A DNA stretch of 64,000 nt from Squalus acanthias (Eukaryota). The notes under the pieces are model-generated. The model was not told where the DNA came from, made no database searches, and saw only the letters and a program-made list of their open reading frames with translations. The DNA lies in contig CM059438.1 in the NCBI GenBank assembly GCA_030390025.1, positions 88,908,001 to 88,972,000 of the forward strand, read 5' to 3'. The position numbers and the translations under genes were made by a program. The number at the start of each line of letters is the position of its first letter. Position 1 is the first letter of the stretch. This document shows, in pieces, positions 26,503-38,779 of the stretch.

Positions 26503-27009
26503 CTGAAAACAATTGGAGGCAGGTGAATACTAAAGTACATGAAGATACAAGAGCAAAGTAGCTTTAACACGGAGGACTGAATTACTTTCTCTATAATTCT
26601 GAAAAGAAAAGCAAATAATTTTTCAAATTGTGCAGAAATAACCCTGATGGTTACAGATTACAATGAGAGTTCTGTGCAGCATGCACAGTTCTAAAAATAT
26701 GCAGTATTTACTATAAAAATTAGATTTAATCAACGTGACTTGATGTGCTTGCAAATAATGTTAAAAGCTGTTGAGCTTGCATAACGATTGACTGCTGCAT
26801 TTTTTTTGCAGCACTATATGTATTAACCCAGGTGAGCTGGGGTGGGAAGGAAGCAATAGAGACTGATACTCTGGTGGCTCAGTTGATAACTGCACTACTG
26901 TGTAGGAAGTGATACAAACCAGAGGTTCCATGTTCAATTCCTGGTCTGTGCTTAGTTGATCTCAGCTAGAATGGCAGTAGGGGAGCTACAATTTACACAT
27001 TTAACTACT

Positions 27010-27620
27010 CCTGATCTTTGAAGGATGAAGGCATTGTGACAACTTCAAACATATCTCGTGTTGAAATGCAACATCCTTTGCACGCTGTTACACACAATCT
27101 GCATATTAAAGAACTGAAAGCCCTTTCTGTGAGAAAGTTGACAGGGTTGATTGCAGCATCTCGCAAAGCAATGCGGTTGCTACTTAATGCACCATGGTCC
27201 TTCAGAAAGCCAGTAAAACTGGATGGTCTTATCTTGCTGATACCAAAGTCAATGAAATCTCCAGCTCTCCCAAATACATGCCATCACTGCACCCTGGCTG
27301 ATAGTACAGAGACCCCATGTGGCTGCCTGAAATGATCTGTTGCCATAAAAGTTGAGTGCAGTCATTACCCTTCATAGCCACAGATAGAGCAGTGTGGGCA
27401 GATGACTATAGCTGCAGGTCCTCATCCAATAAGTATCCCCTTACTTAGATCCTCGTATCAACTGTGGTGCCTGTATATTCACTGGGGGCAGGAAATATCT
27501 GGTGGGATATCTCCTTAAATGCTGCTACACTCTTCTTTCCTACATCCTCCCTTATAGGGAATGTGATGTCTGCTCCTGAGAAGTCTCACATGTCCACAGG
27601 CAGTCAGAAGTAAGTCCATG
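27010..27620 (-). pseudogene. Second decayed Harbinger/HARBI1-like transposase fragment
   Basis: Minus strand ALSVAMK..TALNFYGNRSFQAA..LCTISQ and RKGFQFFNMQIVCN...CHNAFILQRS, with frameshifts. Confidence 0.75.
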
Positions 27621-29077
27621 GCTGTGTAGGCCGATGTAAAAAAAATCAAAAAAGTGGGTCGAGCTGCAGTAATTGCTCCTCAAACTTTCTGCAATCTTCA
27701 GGCACAAAAACTCCTAATTTCTGTCAGTCTCAGCTGATCCTTATATTTCTAATTTTAATTGACTTCTACTGTATTGCAAGCAGAAAACCAGGAAATTCAA
27801 GGCTGCAGTGCCAGGGCCCTCATCATCATATATATTTAAACGAGCAGCATGGAGACTGTGGGCATATTGCTGGAAGGGTCAAATCACATTTGGAAATTTA
27901 CTGGATCGATTATGGGACAGAAAACCTGCAAAAATGGCTTCTGCCCTAATTTGCTAGCCAAACTAATAACCTGCCCTGATTTTAGGCTCCGGACATGCAA
28001 AAACATTGTGGAATTTCAGGGCCATTGTGTAGAACTTCACATTATGTGACATCATGATGCTCCAGCCCAGTGACTTCATAAATGGGATCTGAGGGCAGTA
28101 TGCAAAATTCCTGATATCACTGGACTAGGACATCATAATGTCACATAAAATGGAATTCTATACAAAATGGCATCACCTTGAGTGCTACCATTTGGCTGTT
28201 CCAAATCATAAAACAAAGGTTAACTGCAAGACGTGTAAATGTGTAGTTAAGTCGCTTTATAAAATTTATAATTATGCAAGTGCTTATGACATTGACCTTT
28301 TGTCATGTCATAACAGCATATGACAAAATGCAAAATCCTCTGGTATAGTTTCACTGACAAAGTGCTTATTTTCACCTCCCTTTCCTGAAGAGATTAGGAG
28401 CAGGAACTGTGGCTGATTTCCTTCTTCACTAGCATGAGGCACTGAGGCTAATTGCAGCATTTCCTATCCCCACCTTGGATGAAACCAACTAACAGCACAG
28501 ACTAGAAATCAAATTGGCTGAAGAATTTTGAAGTTAGTTAATTATAAATAAATGCAAGCTGATAGCTGGTGCAATTCAACCCAATGCAAAAATTGAAAAT
28601 GTGACAATGTTTTTTCCATGCAGATCCACCAGGATAGTTTAAATCCTTTGCTGCTGGGAATCAGAAGCTGTTGATTCAGTTAAGGGTTGGGGGAAACAAG
28701 GACACACTACTCAAGCTTTTGTGCTGGAAGCCAAATTGAATATTGATTTATTTCACTCCTAAACGCCAAGCTCCAATGCCGTCTACTAATAAAGCTTGAG
28801 ATTTAATTCTTGGTTGTTTAAAACAGTCTAAATATTTTTTCTTGGGGGGGAGGAGGGAGTTTTCTGCTCAGCCAATATGGTAAAGCAGAATATTTTTTTC
28901 AACACAATATGCAAGTTTAGCATTCCTAGCTCAGGTATAGCGATCAACAATGTGTTTTAACACCCAACTTTGGAAGAGCATCACTGCACCAATGTCTGAC
29001 CTGAGGCCTGAGTGAGATTGCAGATGCATAGTATAAAACGTTTGAGAATTCATCAGTAAACTATCCAAGAATGGAAT

Positions 29078-29270
29078 TAAAATACAGAAAAATGCTACAA
29101 ATACATCATTTGAAAACAGAAAAATTGGATGAACGTTTCAGTAGATACCTTTTGTCTCAACCCAAACATTAACCTGTTTTATCTCTTTCACAAGCTGACT
29201 GACCTTCTCTACATTTACATCATTTTTTGTTTCTATTTCAGATTTCCTAAATTTGCCATTTTTTAATCTT
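29078..29270. mobile_element. Degenerate inverted pair of the Penelope-derived short element
   Basis: cagaaaaatgct...aacgtttcag followed by aaacattaac...ctgacc...tatttcagatttcc. Confidence 0.55.
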
Positions 29271-29869
29271 TTCATTTCTGGCAAAGAATCAATGGCATCC
29301 TAAATTCATTCAATATATAACCTATGACGATCAGAGAGCCACCCTATGTCTGCACTGGATTTTAACTCAGTATCCCCAAGGTGAAAGAGCTGTGGTGCAC
29401 ATCAGCCATTTGGTCCCTCTGCACATATAGAATAATTTGGTTAGTTTCTTTTTCCACTCTAAAGACTGAAGTTATGATTGCAATCTATAGTCATCAGGGG
29501 GCGCAATAATACTGAATAATGTGCTGGAGACCTGATCCAGTGTAAAACCTGCTTTCAAGCAATTCTTGAGTTAGTTATCTTGCTGTGAATATTCATTTAA
29601 CAGTCAGTACCTGGAGTCTGACACACTGTCCCAATCAGACTTCCTTCCCACAACTCCTAAAATTGTTGGCTATGCCGATGTGTATCTGGATACTAGGTGG
29701 TGTGGGAATGGCTTTGACTGACTGCCATCAATGTTGCCTCCCTACCTCTGGTAAAGCACCTGTCTTCTGCACACCTTTCCTCAGTAACACTGTTAAGACA
29801 GTGGAGACAAATTTGTGCTGTTACTGGCACCAACGTGCCTCAACATGCTCTTTATAAAAAAAATGGTGA

Positions 29870-30200
29870 AATTCTCAATTTTCTCCCCATCGCTTCTGAA
29901 GGTTGACTCATGTTGGGATAAGATGCCTCCAGTACCTTAAACAAGCAACTGTTCATGTCTGACCTTAAACAGTCTGTTGTCAGACTTTTTGACTGTAGAG
30001 AGCATCACAGCCAAGCCCAAAACTGGTCTCACTCAAAAACCACACATGCACTTTCCAGCGATCAGAAGCAGGAATTTTCCCTCCCTTGTCTCCAAGACTG
30101 CTGAGGCCAATTGTACAACTTCTACTGCTGTCCTAGCTGAGACCAGCTAATTCAGCACAGGCTGGGTATCAAACCCTGGACCTTCTGCTTTGTATGGCTT
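29870..30200 (-). mobile_element. Old tRNA-headed SINE (family also at 30745-31145 +, 26870-26995 +, 28370-28510 -, 53640-53880 -)
   Basis: Mutual similarity among copies (gaggccaattgta..., agctaattcagcacag, B-box-like ggtttgat). Confidence 0.6.
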
Positions 30201-30744
30201 GGTGCTACTCATAGTGTGTTACAGATTTCAATCTAAGACCAAGGGCAGTTTCAATCACCTAATTTAAGTTTCATATTACATTTTAGGTATGCCAGATTAG
30301 AAGATTATTGCTTATTTTAGCTTAAGTTATTGGCAAACCCTCAGTTCATTCATTGTTTCGAGCTTTTCCTAATAAGTACACAATGATAAGGAAGTTTATA
30401 GTGGCTAAGGCTGGCATAGCTTAGCAGTATGGATGAAGTCATGGTTCAGTATTCTGCAATAAACTAATTATCTGCCCCCACTTAGTGGTTAGGTGGATTA
30501 CAATGTTTGTTGTGTGTCATCTAATCTAAATTGTTAAATAAGTAGACCTCAGTGCATAAAATATATGTACACTTGCAGCTACAATCTTGATAAAGGTAAA
30601 TGTTTTACTTCAGGGAATAGGAATTACCACTCCCTGGTATTCATTCTTGTTCATTGTTTAGTTCTCATTCTAATTTTAGTCACTTCTCATACAGTCTAAA
30701 TGTTAATTTTACTAGTGAGAAAAGATGTAATCAAAATCAGTAAG

Positions 30745-31145
30745 TGAGGTCCAGTGGTGGGCAAAGACACTGCTGTGTGTGTTTGGCACTGAGCTATATA
30801 GGCTAGCAAGATCCCAGGTTTGATTTCTGGTTTGTGCAGAGTTAGCTGCTCTTGGCTATAGTTGTAGGGGCACTACAGTTGACCTCAACACCCCAAGCTA
30901 AGTAGGGGAAAAACTAGCCAAGATTGCTGCTTCCCAGAGAATCCTGCTGGAAACTGTGCACACGTGGACATCAGGTGAGGACTGGATAGAATGTGGCTGG
31001 CTTGCTCCCCATGAACCAACAACGCGCCAACACACATTTCTACGCTCATGTAAGAATAATGGCCAATTAATCAAGGTACTGGAGGAGAGTCAGAGTCTAT
31101 AGAACTGGGCCATTCCATGAATCAGGAGGGGAGAAACTGGAAAAC
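30745..31145 (+). mobile_element. Old tRNA-headed SINE, near full length
   Basis: cccaggtttgatttctggtttgtgcagagttagctg...gtggacatcaggtgaggac...caggaggggagaaa; inverse of 29870-30200. Confidence 0.6.
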
Positions 31146-31424
31146 AAATACAATGATAAATAAATCAGTCATGCATGCCCTAATCAAAAATTAATTCTAC
31201 CACTTTTCTATTGTGTTCAGCATAAAGCAGAAGCAAAACTTCAAAACATAAATGAGAACCATATTAATTATAAGTTTATTGATGAAGAAGCCATATAGTA
31301 CTCCAAGGCATTAATGTACTGTGCCATGTGGTACAAAACGTTAGCTTCAGCCAACATTCTCACGCTAACTCTGCCCAGGAGGAAGATCAAGTGGAGCCAT
31401 CATTGCAGCTAACATCTAAAGGAA

Positions 31425-31630
31425 ATAGAATCATACAGCATAGAAGGAGGACATTCGGCCCATCATGCCTCTGCCGGCTCTTTGAAAGAGCTATCTAATT
31501 ACTCCCACGCCCCTTAGCCTGCAAATTTTTCCCTTTCAAGTATATATCCAATTCCCCATTGAAAGTTAGTCACTGTGTAAAAGAAATTCTCATCTCCCCT
31601 TTGGTTCTTTTGCCAATTATCTTAAAACCA
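31425..31630 (-). mobile_element. CR1 3' tail fragment
   Basis: Similar to 960-1240. Confidence 0.8.
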
Positions 31631-31689
31631 ATTTTCAGTTACAAGAAGTCTCAGTACCTGAAGTGAATGCTCGGCTTTTGTTTCCCTGG

Positions 31690-31925
31690 CTAAACTTCTA
31701 GTGTCCTGGCCAATATTTAACCTTCAACCAACATCACTAAAACAGATTATTCGGGCATGTATCTCATTGCTGCTTGTGGGACCTTGCTGTACACAAACTG
31801 GCTGCTGCATTTCCCTACATTAATAGTAACTACAATTTTGAAAGATGTACTTCAATGGCTGTAAAGGTGCTTTGGGGCGTCCTGAGGTTGGGTGAAAGGC
31901 ACTATATAAATGAAAGTTCTTTCTT
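31690..31925 (+). mobile_element. Deu-domain SINE (SacSINE1/AmnSINE-like)
   Basis: cattgctgcttgtgggaccttgctgtacacaaactggctgctgcatttccctacatt core and ggcactatataaatg tail. Confidence 0.78.
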
Positions 31926-32424
31926 TCCGTCCTTACACTTAACAATTTGCCCTACTCTTAAGCAGAACAGTGTAGTGCAAGTGACATTGTCTTGTGCTGG
32001 AAGATGAGAGCTTTGGGTGGGAAAGAAAGTAAACAGCTGTCAAAGCTTATTGAATTCTAATCTGAATTGTTTCCCTGTGAAGTTCCTGAAAGCACCTTCA
32101 TCTGGATAATTTGCTATCTTAATAAGTTTATTGCAGGTTACATTGCATCCTGATAACCGTGAAAGGTGAACACACAAACAATCATACTTCCTTTTGCTTA
32201 GTTTCCATTTTATCTCATTTATATTCTCACTTTCATGTTTTCAGCTAGGCAAGGTAGGCAAATTAGACATGGTCATCTCAATGGCTCCAAAATTACCCCA
32301 CTCCACATAGTACAGCACCTGAAGGTGAGATTTTAAACATCAATGTTTCTTCCTGTAGAGGTAAGGGGGCCCTCTGCAGCAAAAATTTATTGTGACCCAA
32401 TAAAACAAATTACTTAGCGCAATG

Positions 32425-32965
32425 ACAACCTGCACTTATATGACTCGTTTAATGAGCAAAAACATCCTAAGGCACTTCACAAAGTGGGCGTCACGCCCCA
32501 GCAGAAGTAGAGAGAAGAATTGGGGAGGTGATCTAAGGCACAACTTTTTTAAGGAGGCTTTTGAATGTACGGAGCGATGTGGCAAGGTGTAGTGGTTTGG
32601 GAAATGAATTCCAGAGTGCGGGGCTGAGGTAGCTAAAAGCTCTACCACTGATGGAGCAAAAAAGGGATGAAAAACGTACAATAGACCAGAACTGGAAGAG
32701 CGGAGGGAGCAAGCTAGATGTAGAGATAAAAATGGGTGGAGGGGAAAAATGAGGATGAGGATATCTGAAATCATTGTGATGGGGAATGGAGAGCCAGTGG
32801 AGATTTGAATGACTGACTAATAAGACTTATGCAAGTTGGTATGTGGATGGCGAAATTCTGAATGAGTTGGGGTTTATGTAGTTGCACACCACTGGGTTCA
32901 GTCTGAGTCTGCAGGTAGAGATACTTGATTGGAACTAATGAACAGGTTAGCTTTGGTCTTGCCAA
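32425..32965 (-). mobile_element. Decayed L2-type LINE fragment
   Basis: SLRSSSSGLL motif, tggaattcatt..., and an L2 tail at ~32430. Confidence 0.6.
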
Positions 32966-32967
32966 TA

Positions 32968-33688
32968 TTTTTTATTCATTCACGGTATGTGGGCGTCGCT
33001 GGCAAGGCCAGCATTTATTGCCCATCCCTAATTGCCCTTCAGAAGATGGTGGCCAGCCTCCGCCTTGAACCGCTGCAGTCCGTGTGATGAAAGTACTCCC
33101 ACAGTGCTGTTAAGAAGGGAGTTCCAGGATTTTGACCAAGCGACGATGAAGGAACGGCAATATATTTCCAAGTCAGGATGGTGTGCGACTTGGAGGGGAA
33201 CTTGGAGGTGGTGGTGTTCCCATGCGCCTGTTGTCCTCGTCTTTCTAGGTGGTAGAGGTTGTGGGTTTGGGAGGTGCTGTCAAAGAAGCCTTGGCGAGTT
33301 GCTGCAGTGCATCTTGTAGATGGTGCACACTGTAGCCACGGTGCGCGGGTGGTGGAGGGATTGAATGTTTAAGGTGGTGGATGGGGAGGCAATCAAGCGA
33401 GCTGCTTTGTCCTGGATGGTGTCGAGCTTCTTGACTGTTGTTGGCGCTGCACTCATCCTGGCAAGTAGAGAGTATTCCATCACACTCCTGACCTGTGCCT
33501 TGTAGATGGTGGAAAGGCTTTGGGGAGTCAGGAGGTGTCACTCGCCACAGAATACCCAGCCTCTGACCTGCTCTTGTAGCCACAGTATTTATGTGGCTGG
33601 TCCAGTTAAGTTTCTGGTCAATGGTGACCCCCAGGATGTTGATGGTGGGGGATTAGACAATGGTAATGCCGTTGAATGTCAAGGGCAG
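32968..33688 (-). mobile_element. CR1-clade LINE 3' fragment (second family)
   Basis: ORF MEYSLLARMSAAPTTVKKLDTIQDKAARLI...LHHPRTVATVCTIYKMHC. Confidence 0.9.
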
Positions 33689-34881
33689 AAAGTCAGTCAT
33701 GGAGAATGGCAAATAATTGTGCTATGGAGGATGATAGAGAAGTAATATGGTTATCCTCAGCATATATATCAAAGTTGACCCCATAGATAATGTTGCTGAG
33801 ATGAGGAATAGGGAGACTGGAACCTTGGGGCACACCAGAGGTGATAATGCAGACTTAGGAGGAAAAGCCACTAAAGCAGATATGCTGGCTACGTTCTTAC
33901 CCTTTAAAGCTTTTACTTCAAAATCTTTTTCTTAAAAAAGCTTAAAACCAACATAGTTAAACAAAAAAATCTCTAATTTTCTTTTCTCTTGAAAGCTTTG
34001 ATTTCTGATTTCACAGGAACTGACAGCCCTCCATTTCCTCACCCAAGTGACTATTCTTCATTTGTGAGCCTAATCAATGAGTGTCGACAAGCTGTTGGGA
34101 ACGAGGATTTTAAAATCAATTAGCTGGGACATGGGAAGGCACAGAAGCTTGGCAAGGATGGGAGTGATACGAATACGGTAAATTATAGCTTGTGGGGAAA
34201 CCGAGCCTCATAGGGATAAAATTGGGGATCAGAGTTTCAGTAGCAGTGAGGGCTATCGAGTTGGCAGCCTGATCTCAGTGGAGTATATTAAATGTAAAGA
34301 AAGTCACTGACCTTAAAATAGATTCTAATAGGCAAGCTTCCTTTCATCTTCAATGACTATAATTGTGGTAAAACTTCCTTTCTGGTAACAAATTCATGAC
34401 TATAACTCTCACTATATTTTTTCAACATAACTGCTCCACACACCACCACTACGTCATTCAGGGACAGAACAAAGAGTTTTTAATTATCTTAGAACATGAA
34501 ACAGTTATTCTTAAATCTTATAACTCGGGCGACTTAAAACAAGTTTGTTCTAAATGTAACACTTTGCACTTCTGCCACAGAATGAAAAGATTGATAAGGA
34601 GTACTTTAGTAGAACAACATTGTGGAACATGCCACATCAGAACAACTTGGGATCAAATCCTAGTCTTGGCTAATTTCCTCCCCCACAAAGTTACTTATTT
34701 CCTCTGGCTCAGACTTGATTGTGGGTGAGATGGAAAAGTTTGCAAGGTATTTCACTTCAGTGACTTCTAATGATTGAGCACTGCATGGCACTGGCAGAGA
34801 CGACAGAAATGCCCTTTCAGCCATAATCTAGGGAGTACTGTCAAGGAGGCTATGAAGGGGATAATCTAACTAAAAGATATA

Positions 34882-35513
34882 GGGCCGTATTTTGCGACCC
34901 CTACGGGTGCGTACGCACCCATAGGGGCCGCACAGGTTCCGGGTTTAGGCATGCAAAGCGCATGCACTAAAACCCAGAACTTGCGATGTCAAGAATCCTC
35001 TGCATCCCTGGGAGAAGGCCCTCTGCGGGTAGAGGGTTGAGCTATTTGCCCAACTTCTGCCCGCTGAAATTCTTACGCCTGGTAAAAGCAGGCGTAAGGT
35101 CTACTTTTACCAGCATAAGAGTTTTAAAAAATAGAAAAATAAAATGTTATCACTCATTTATACATTAAAAATCCTGTCCAATAAGGTAAGTTTATTTTTA
35201 GCCCCATTAAAACAAATTTTTTCCCCCAAAAATTTTAATTAATTTTAAATATGTAATGTTTTAAAACATTTATTTCATGTTTTCGTGTATTTTTTAAGTG
35301 ATCCCCATTCATACTTATGGGAGTTCAGTACATACATATCTTTTAATGGTTGGGCCGGCCCACGTGACTCCAGCGGCGCTTGCGAACCGCATGTGCACCT
35401 CTGCCCGCGCGTACCCAGAGGCCCAGGATCGCAATTCTTCATACCTCCCGGGCCACCAGGTAAATTGGTAGATTTTTTACAGGTCAGAGGCATCCGCCCG
35501 CAAACTTTGGGCC
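34882..35513. mobile_element. Non-autonomous TIR element (GC-rich ends, AT-rich centre)
   Basis: Ends ggccgtattttgcg / cgcaaactttgggcc; CpG-rich against the background. Confidence 0.62.
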
Positions 35514-36133
35514 ATCATATATTTCCTAATAACTGCACTATTCGATGTCTTGAATTCAGAGGGGATTGCCAAGCATTATATAATGTCAACAATGGTAATG
35601 GCCTATAGTCCTGAAAGGATTAAGTACAACATTGCCTGAATCCAATTTAGTATCATAGATAGCACTGCAGCCAAACAGAAAGCTAAGTGACAATCAAATG
35701 CAATAAATCAGAACAATTACTTTCCTTCTAATTAAATGAAATGGTTTAGTGCAGAAGATGCCAGTCAAAGACATCACATTTTAATTAGTGTCTACTTGAT
35801 CAATTGACCCTAGGTTTTTTTTTTTGCAGTTTCTACATAAGCTTTCAATAATGTAGAGACATCTACATCTTTTTAAAAACACGTTAACTCAGCAGTGTAA
35901 TTCTACTTAGAAAGACAGTTTCATTAACAAAAAGACAGAAAAACAATTTCCAAAACCTTGCCATGAACTATTTATCATCATGTTGGCATGTTAACACAGA
36001 CTGGCAGCTACTTCAGGATTAATGAATCAGTAAGGTGAAACAGACAGGATGTAGGTAGCTTTAGGAAATAACGTCAGTTGTATTTGAACCTGGAAAATAC
36101 AAAATATGACTTTTACCTCATGTCATATATTAC

Positions 36134-36266
36134 CTCAAATTTCTGAATCTCTTGTCGCAGTTTCTCGACAGTCTGCCCAATTTCTGCCAGCCTGGGATCC
36201 ACACTGTTCGGATCACCCATTTGAGGATTCTTGATGTATACATCCTTCATCTTTGTTAAAGCATCT
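36134..36266 (-). CDS. FNBP1: FNBP1 exon, HR1 domain ([44 protein letters not shown])
   Basis: ctcag| and |gtaata boundaries, 133 nt. Phase is compatible with neighbours. Contains the family motif [15 protein letters not shown]. Confidence 0.96.
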
Positions 36267-36569
36267 CTGAGGATTTAAAAAATATAAATTCAGTGTACCA
36301 ATTTGTGTTATTCCAGTTGGAGCCCACTGTTAGTTATTACCGTAATGTTGCTTGACACCAAGTGGAAGTAAATGGGATCAGTTTACGAGAAGGCTGTTTT
36401 GCAAGGAAACTATTAGCCAAATGTACACTCAATTCCGCCCCCCCCACCCCTGCCCTTTTCCTGAACTGGGAGAAAAATCTTGGGATCTACTCTCCACTTC
36501 CTTTGAGCACTGAGATGGGGCAATAATGCAGTTGTTTTAATTGCAAGTACATATTAATTAACCGGTCAA

Positions 36570-36703
36570 AAGCAAAATATTGCGGATGCTGGAAATCTGA
36601 AATAAAAACAGAAAATGCTGGAAATGCTCAGCAGGTCAGGCAGCATCTGTGGAGAGAGAAACAGAGTTAACGTTTCAGGTCGATGACCCTTCGTCAGAAC
36701 TGC
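36570..36703 (-). mobile_element. Short Penelope-related element with minimal hammerhead ribozyme, flanked by 16-bp TSD
   Basis: Flanks ttaattaaccggtcaa (36554-36569) and ttaattaacgggtcaa (36704-36719). Body resembles the abundant shark Penelope-terminal repeat (recognised from memory). Confidence 0.8.
36665..36702 (-). ncRNA. Minimal type I hammerhead ribozyme motif
   Basis: Minus strand CAGUU-CUGACGA-AGGGUCAUCGACCU-GAAA-CGUU-AACU: both core boxes, stem II hairpin, 4-bp stem I (AGUU/AACU), and palindromic AACGUU in place of stem III. Confidence 0.75.
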
Positions 36704-37774
36704 TTAATTAACGGGTCAATCAGTAACTGGATTTAAAAAAAAAATAAAAACAAAATGTGACCTGAAACAAAACCTGCAAGTTCATTGTGGTCGCGTTGTA
36801 CCGAAAAAAATTCTGATGGAAAGTTCCTATCCCTTTTTCTCTTAGGAAATGTAAAGAGATTCAAGTGTGATGGGGATTCCAATCATTTAATGTACCGTTA
36901 ACAGGGCAAGGCAAGAAAAAGTAGTTAAAATAAAACATCTATTGTGTCACTTGCTTGGCTAGCGGAAAACAGGGAGTGATCTGCATACCCTGTGTTTGGT
37001 TTCAGCCTTTAATTTGAAACTTTCCAAATTAAGGAGAGAAATGGGAGAAAAATGAATGATTTTAGCCATGTAAGTAAATGACTGGTGCCATGTTCATAGT
37101 AGGAGATGGTTACAGAAAAGACAACTTTCCCCAAATGGCTTAGCTAATACACAGGGCTGGAAGGTTGATCCCTGGTTTGAGCTGAATTAATTGATCTCAG
37201 CCAGAGATGCTACAATCACCTCACGTTTATGAGGGAGGAACAGGGGAGGAAGGGAAGGAAGAACTTGCATTATAAGGTCTTCAGAATATCTCAAAGCACT
37301 TCACAACCAAGTGCAGACACTGTTATTATGTAGGCAAACTTCCCTCAGGAATACTTTACAGAGGTGAGTCACACTGGATTTGAGAGTCACTTGCTACCTT
37401 TAAAACACTGCATCAGTATAGCTACGTCATATCCTGTGTGACCATCATAAAGATCGGGCAGTCTGATGCTTGCAACTAAATAAAATGCTTCCTAAAATAT
37501 AATGTCCTGTATCGCTAAGCCTGTATTGGCTTGATATTATTTGTAGACCTACAATTGCTGTTACCTGTTAAGTGCATCAGCATTACTTCAAGCACTTCAA
37601 GTCTAATAAAGATTTCAATGCATTGATGTAATAGATTTTGGCAGAACCTACAGTTCTCGATTACTTCAGCAGCACAAACCTACTGACCATATTTTTACAA
37701 TGTTCTACTGGAGTGAATGACTGTATAACATAAACTAGATAGAATTTTACAGCATAGAAACAGGCCAACATGTC

Positions 37775-38135
37775 TTTTTTTTTCATATTCGTTCCAGGAT
37801 GTGGGGTTGCTGGCAAGGCCAGCATTTATTGCCCATCCCCAATTGCCCTTGAGAAGGTGGTGGTGAGCTGCCTTCTTGAACCGCTGCAGTCCTTGTGGTG
37901 AAGGTACTCCTACAGTGCTGTCCGGGAAGGAGTTCCAGGATTTTGACCCAGCGACGATGAAGGAATGGCGATATATTTCCAAGTCAGGATGGTGTGTAAC
38001 CTGGAGGGGAACTTGCAGGTGATGGTGTTCCCATGCGCCTGCTGCCTTTGTCCTTCTAGGTGGTAGAGGTCGTGGGTTTGGGAGGTGCTGAAGAAACCGT
38101 AGCGATTTGCTGCAGTGCATCTTGTAGATGGTACA
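37775..38135 (-). mobile_element. CR1-clade LINE 3' end (same family as 32968-33688), inserted in a CR1 tail
   Basis: Near-identical to 32985-33325. The flanking CR1 tail at 37735-37772 continues at ~38138-38260. Confidence 0.88.
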
Positions 38136-38324
38136 CACTAGGTCTATGCCAGTGTTTATGCTCCACACAAGCCTCCTCCTACCTTACTTCATCTCACCCT
38201 ATCAACATATCCTTCGATTCCTTTCTCCCTCATGTACTTATATAGCTTCCTCTTATAGACTTCCATACCGTGCCTCTATCCTGGACTGAGAAGTCTAGCA
38301 AGTCTGAGTCTCCACCAATCTTAG

Positions 38325-38772
38325 GAATACAAGAATAGAAGTAGGCCATTCAGCTCCTCAAGCCAGTTCTGCCATTCTATCAGATCTTGGTTGATCTGCA
38401 CCTCAATTCCATTTACCTGCCTTTTCTCCATATCCATTGATACCCTTACCTAACAAAAATCTGTCTCTTGAAAATTTCAATTGACTCAGCATCCACAGCC
38501 TTTTGGAAGAGAGTTCCAGATTTCCATTACTCTGTGAAAAATGCTTCCCGATTTCAACTCTTAACTGGCTTAGTTCTAATTTAAAAATTATGCTCCCTTG
38601 TTCTGGATTCCCCCCACCAGAGGAAATTGCTTCTCTGTATCTACCCTATCGTATCCCTTTATCATTTTAAACGCCTCAATTAGACCCCTCAACCTTCTAA
38701 ACTCAATGGAATACAAACCAAATTTATGCAACCAGCCATCATGATTTAACCCTTTAAGCCCCAATATCATTT
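38325..38772 (-). mobile_element. CR1, 3' half of an element split by 38780-40025
   Basis: MILGLKGLNH...RRLRG.LIEAFKMIKG. Confidence 0.88.
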
Positions 38773-38779
38773 GTTTTTA

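Noticed and set aside
36111-36133. Second donor-like site GAG|gtaaaa 17 nt past the HR1 exon donor
   Set aside because: It would shift the frame and include a stop; no supporting evidence.
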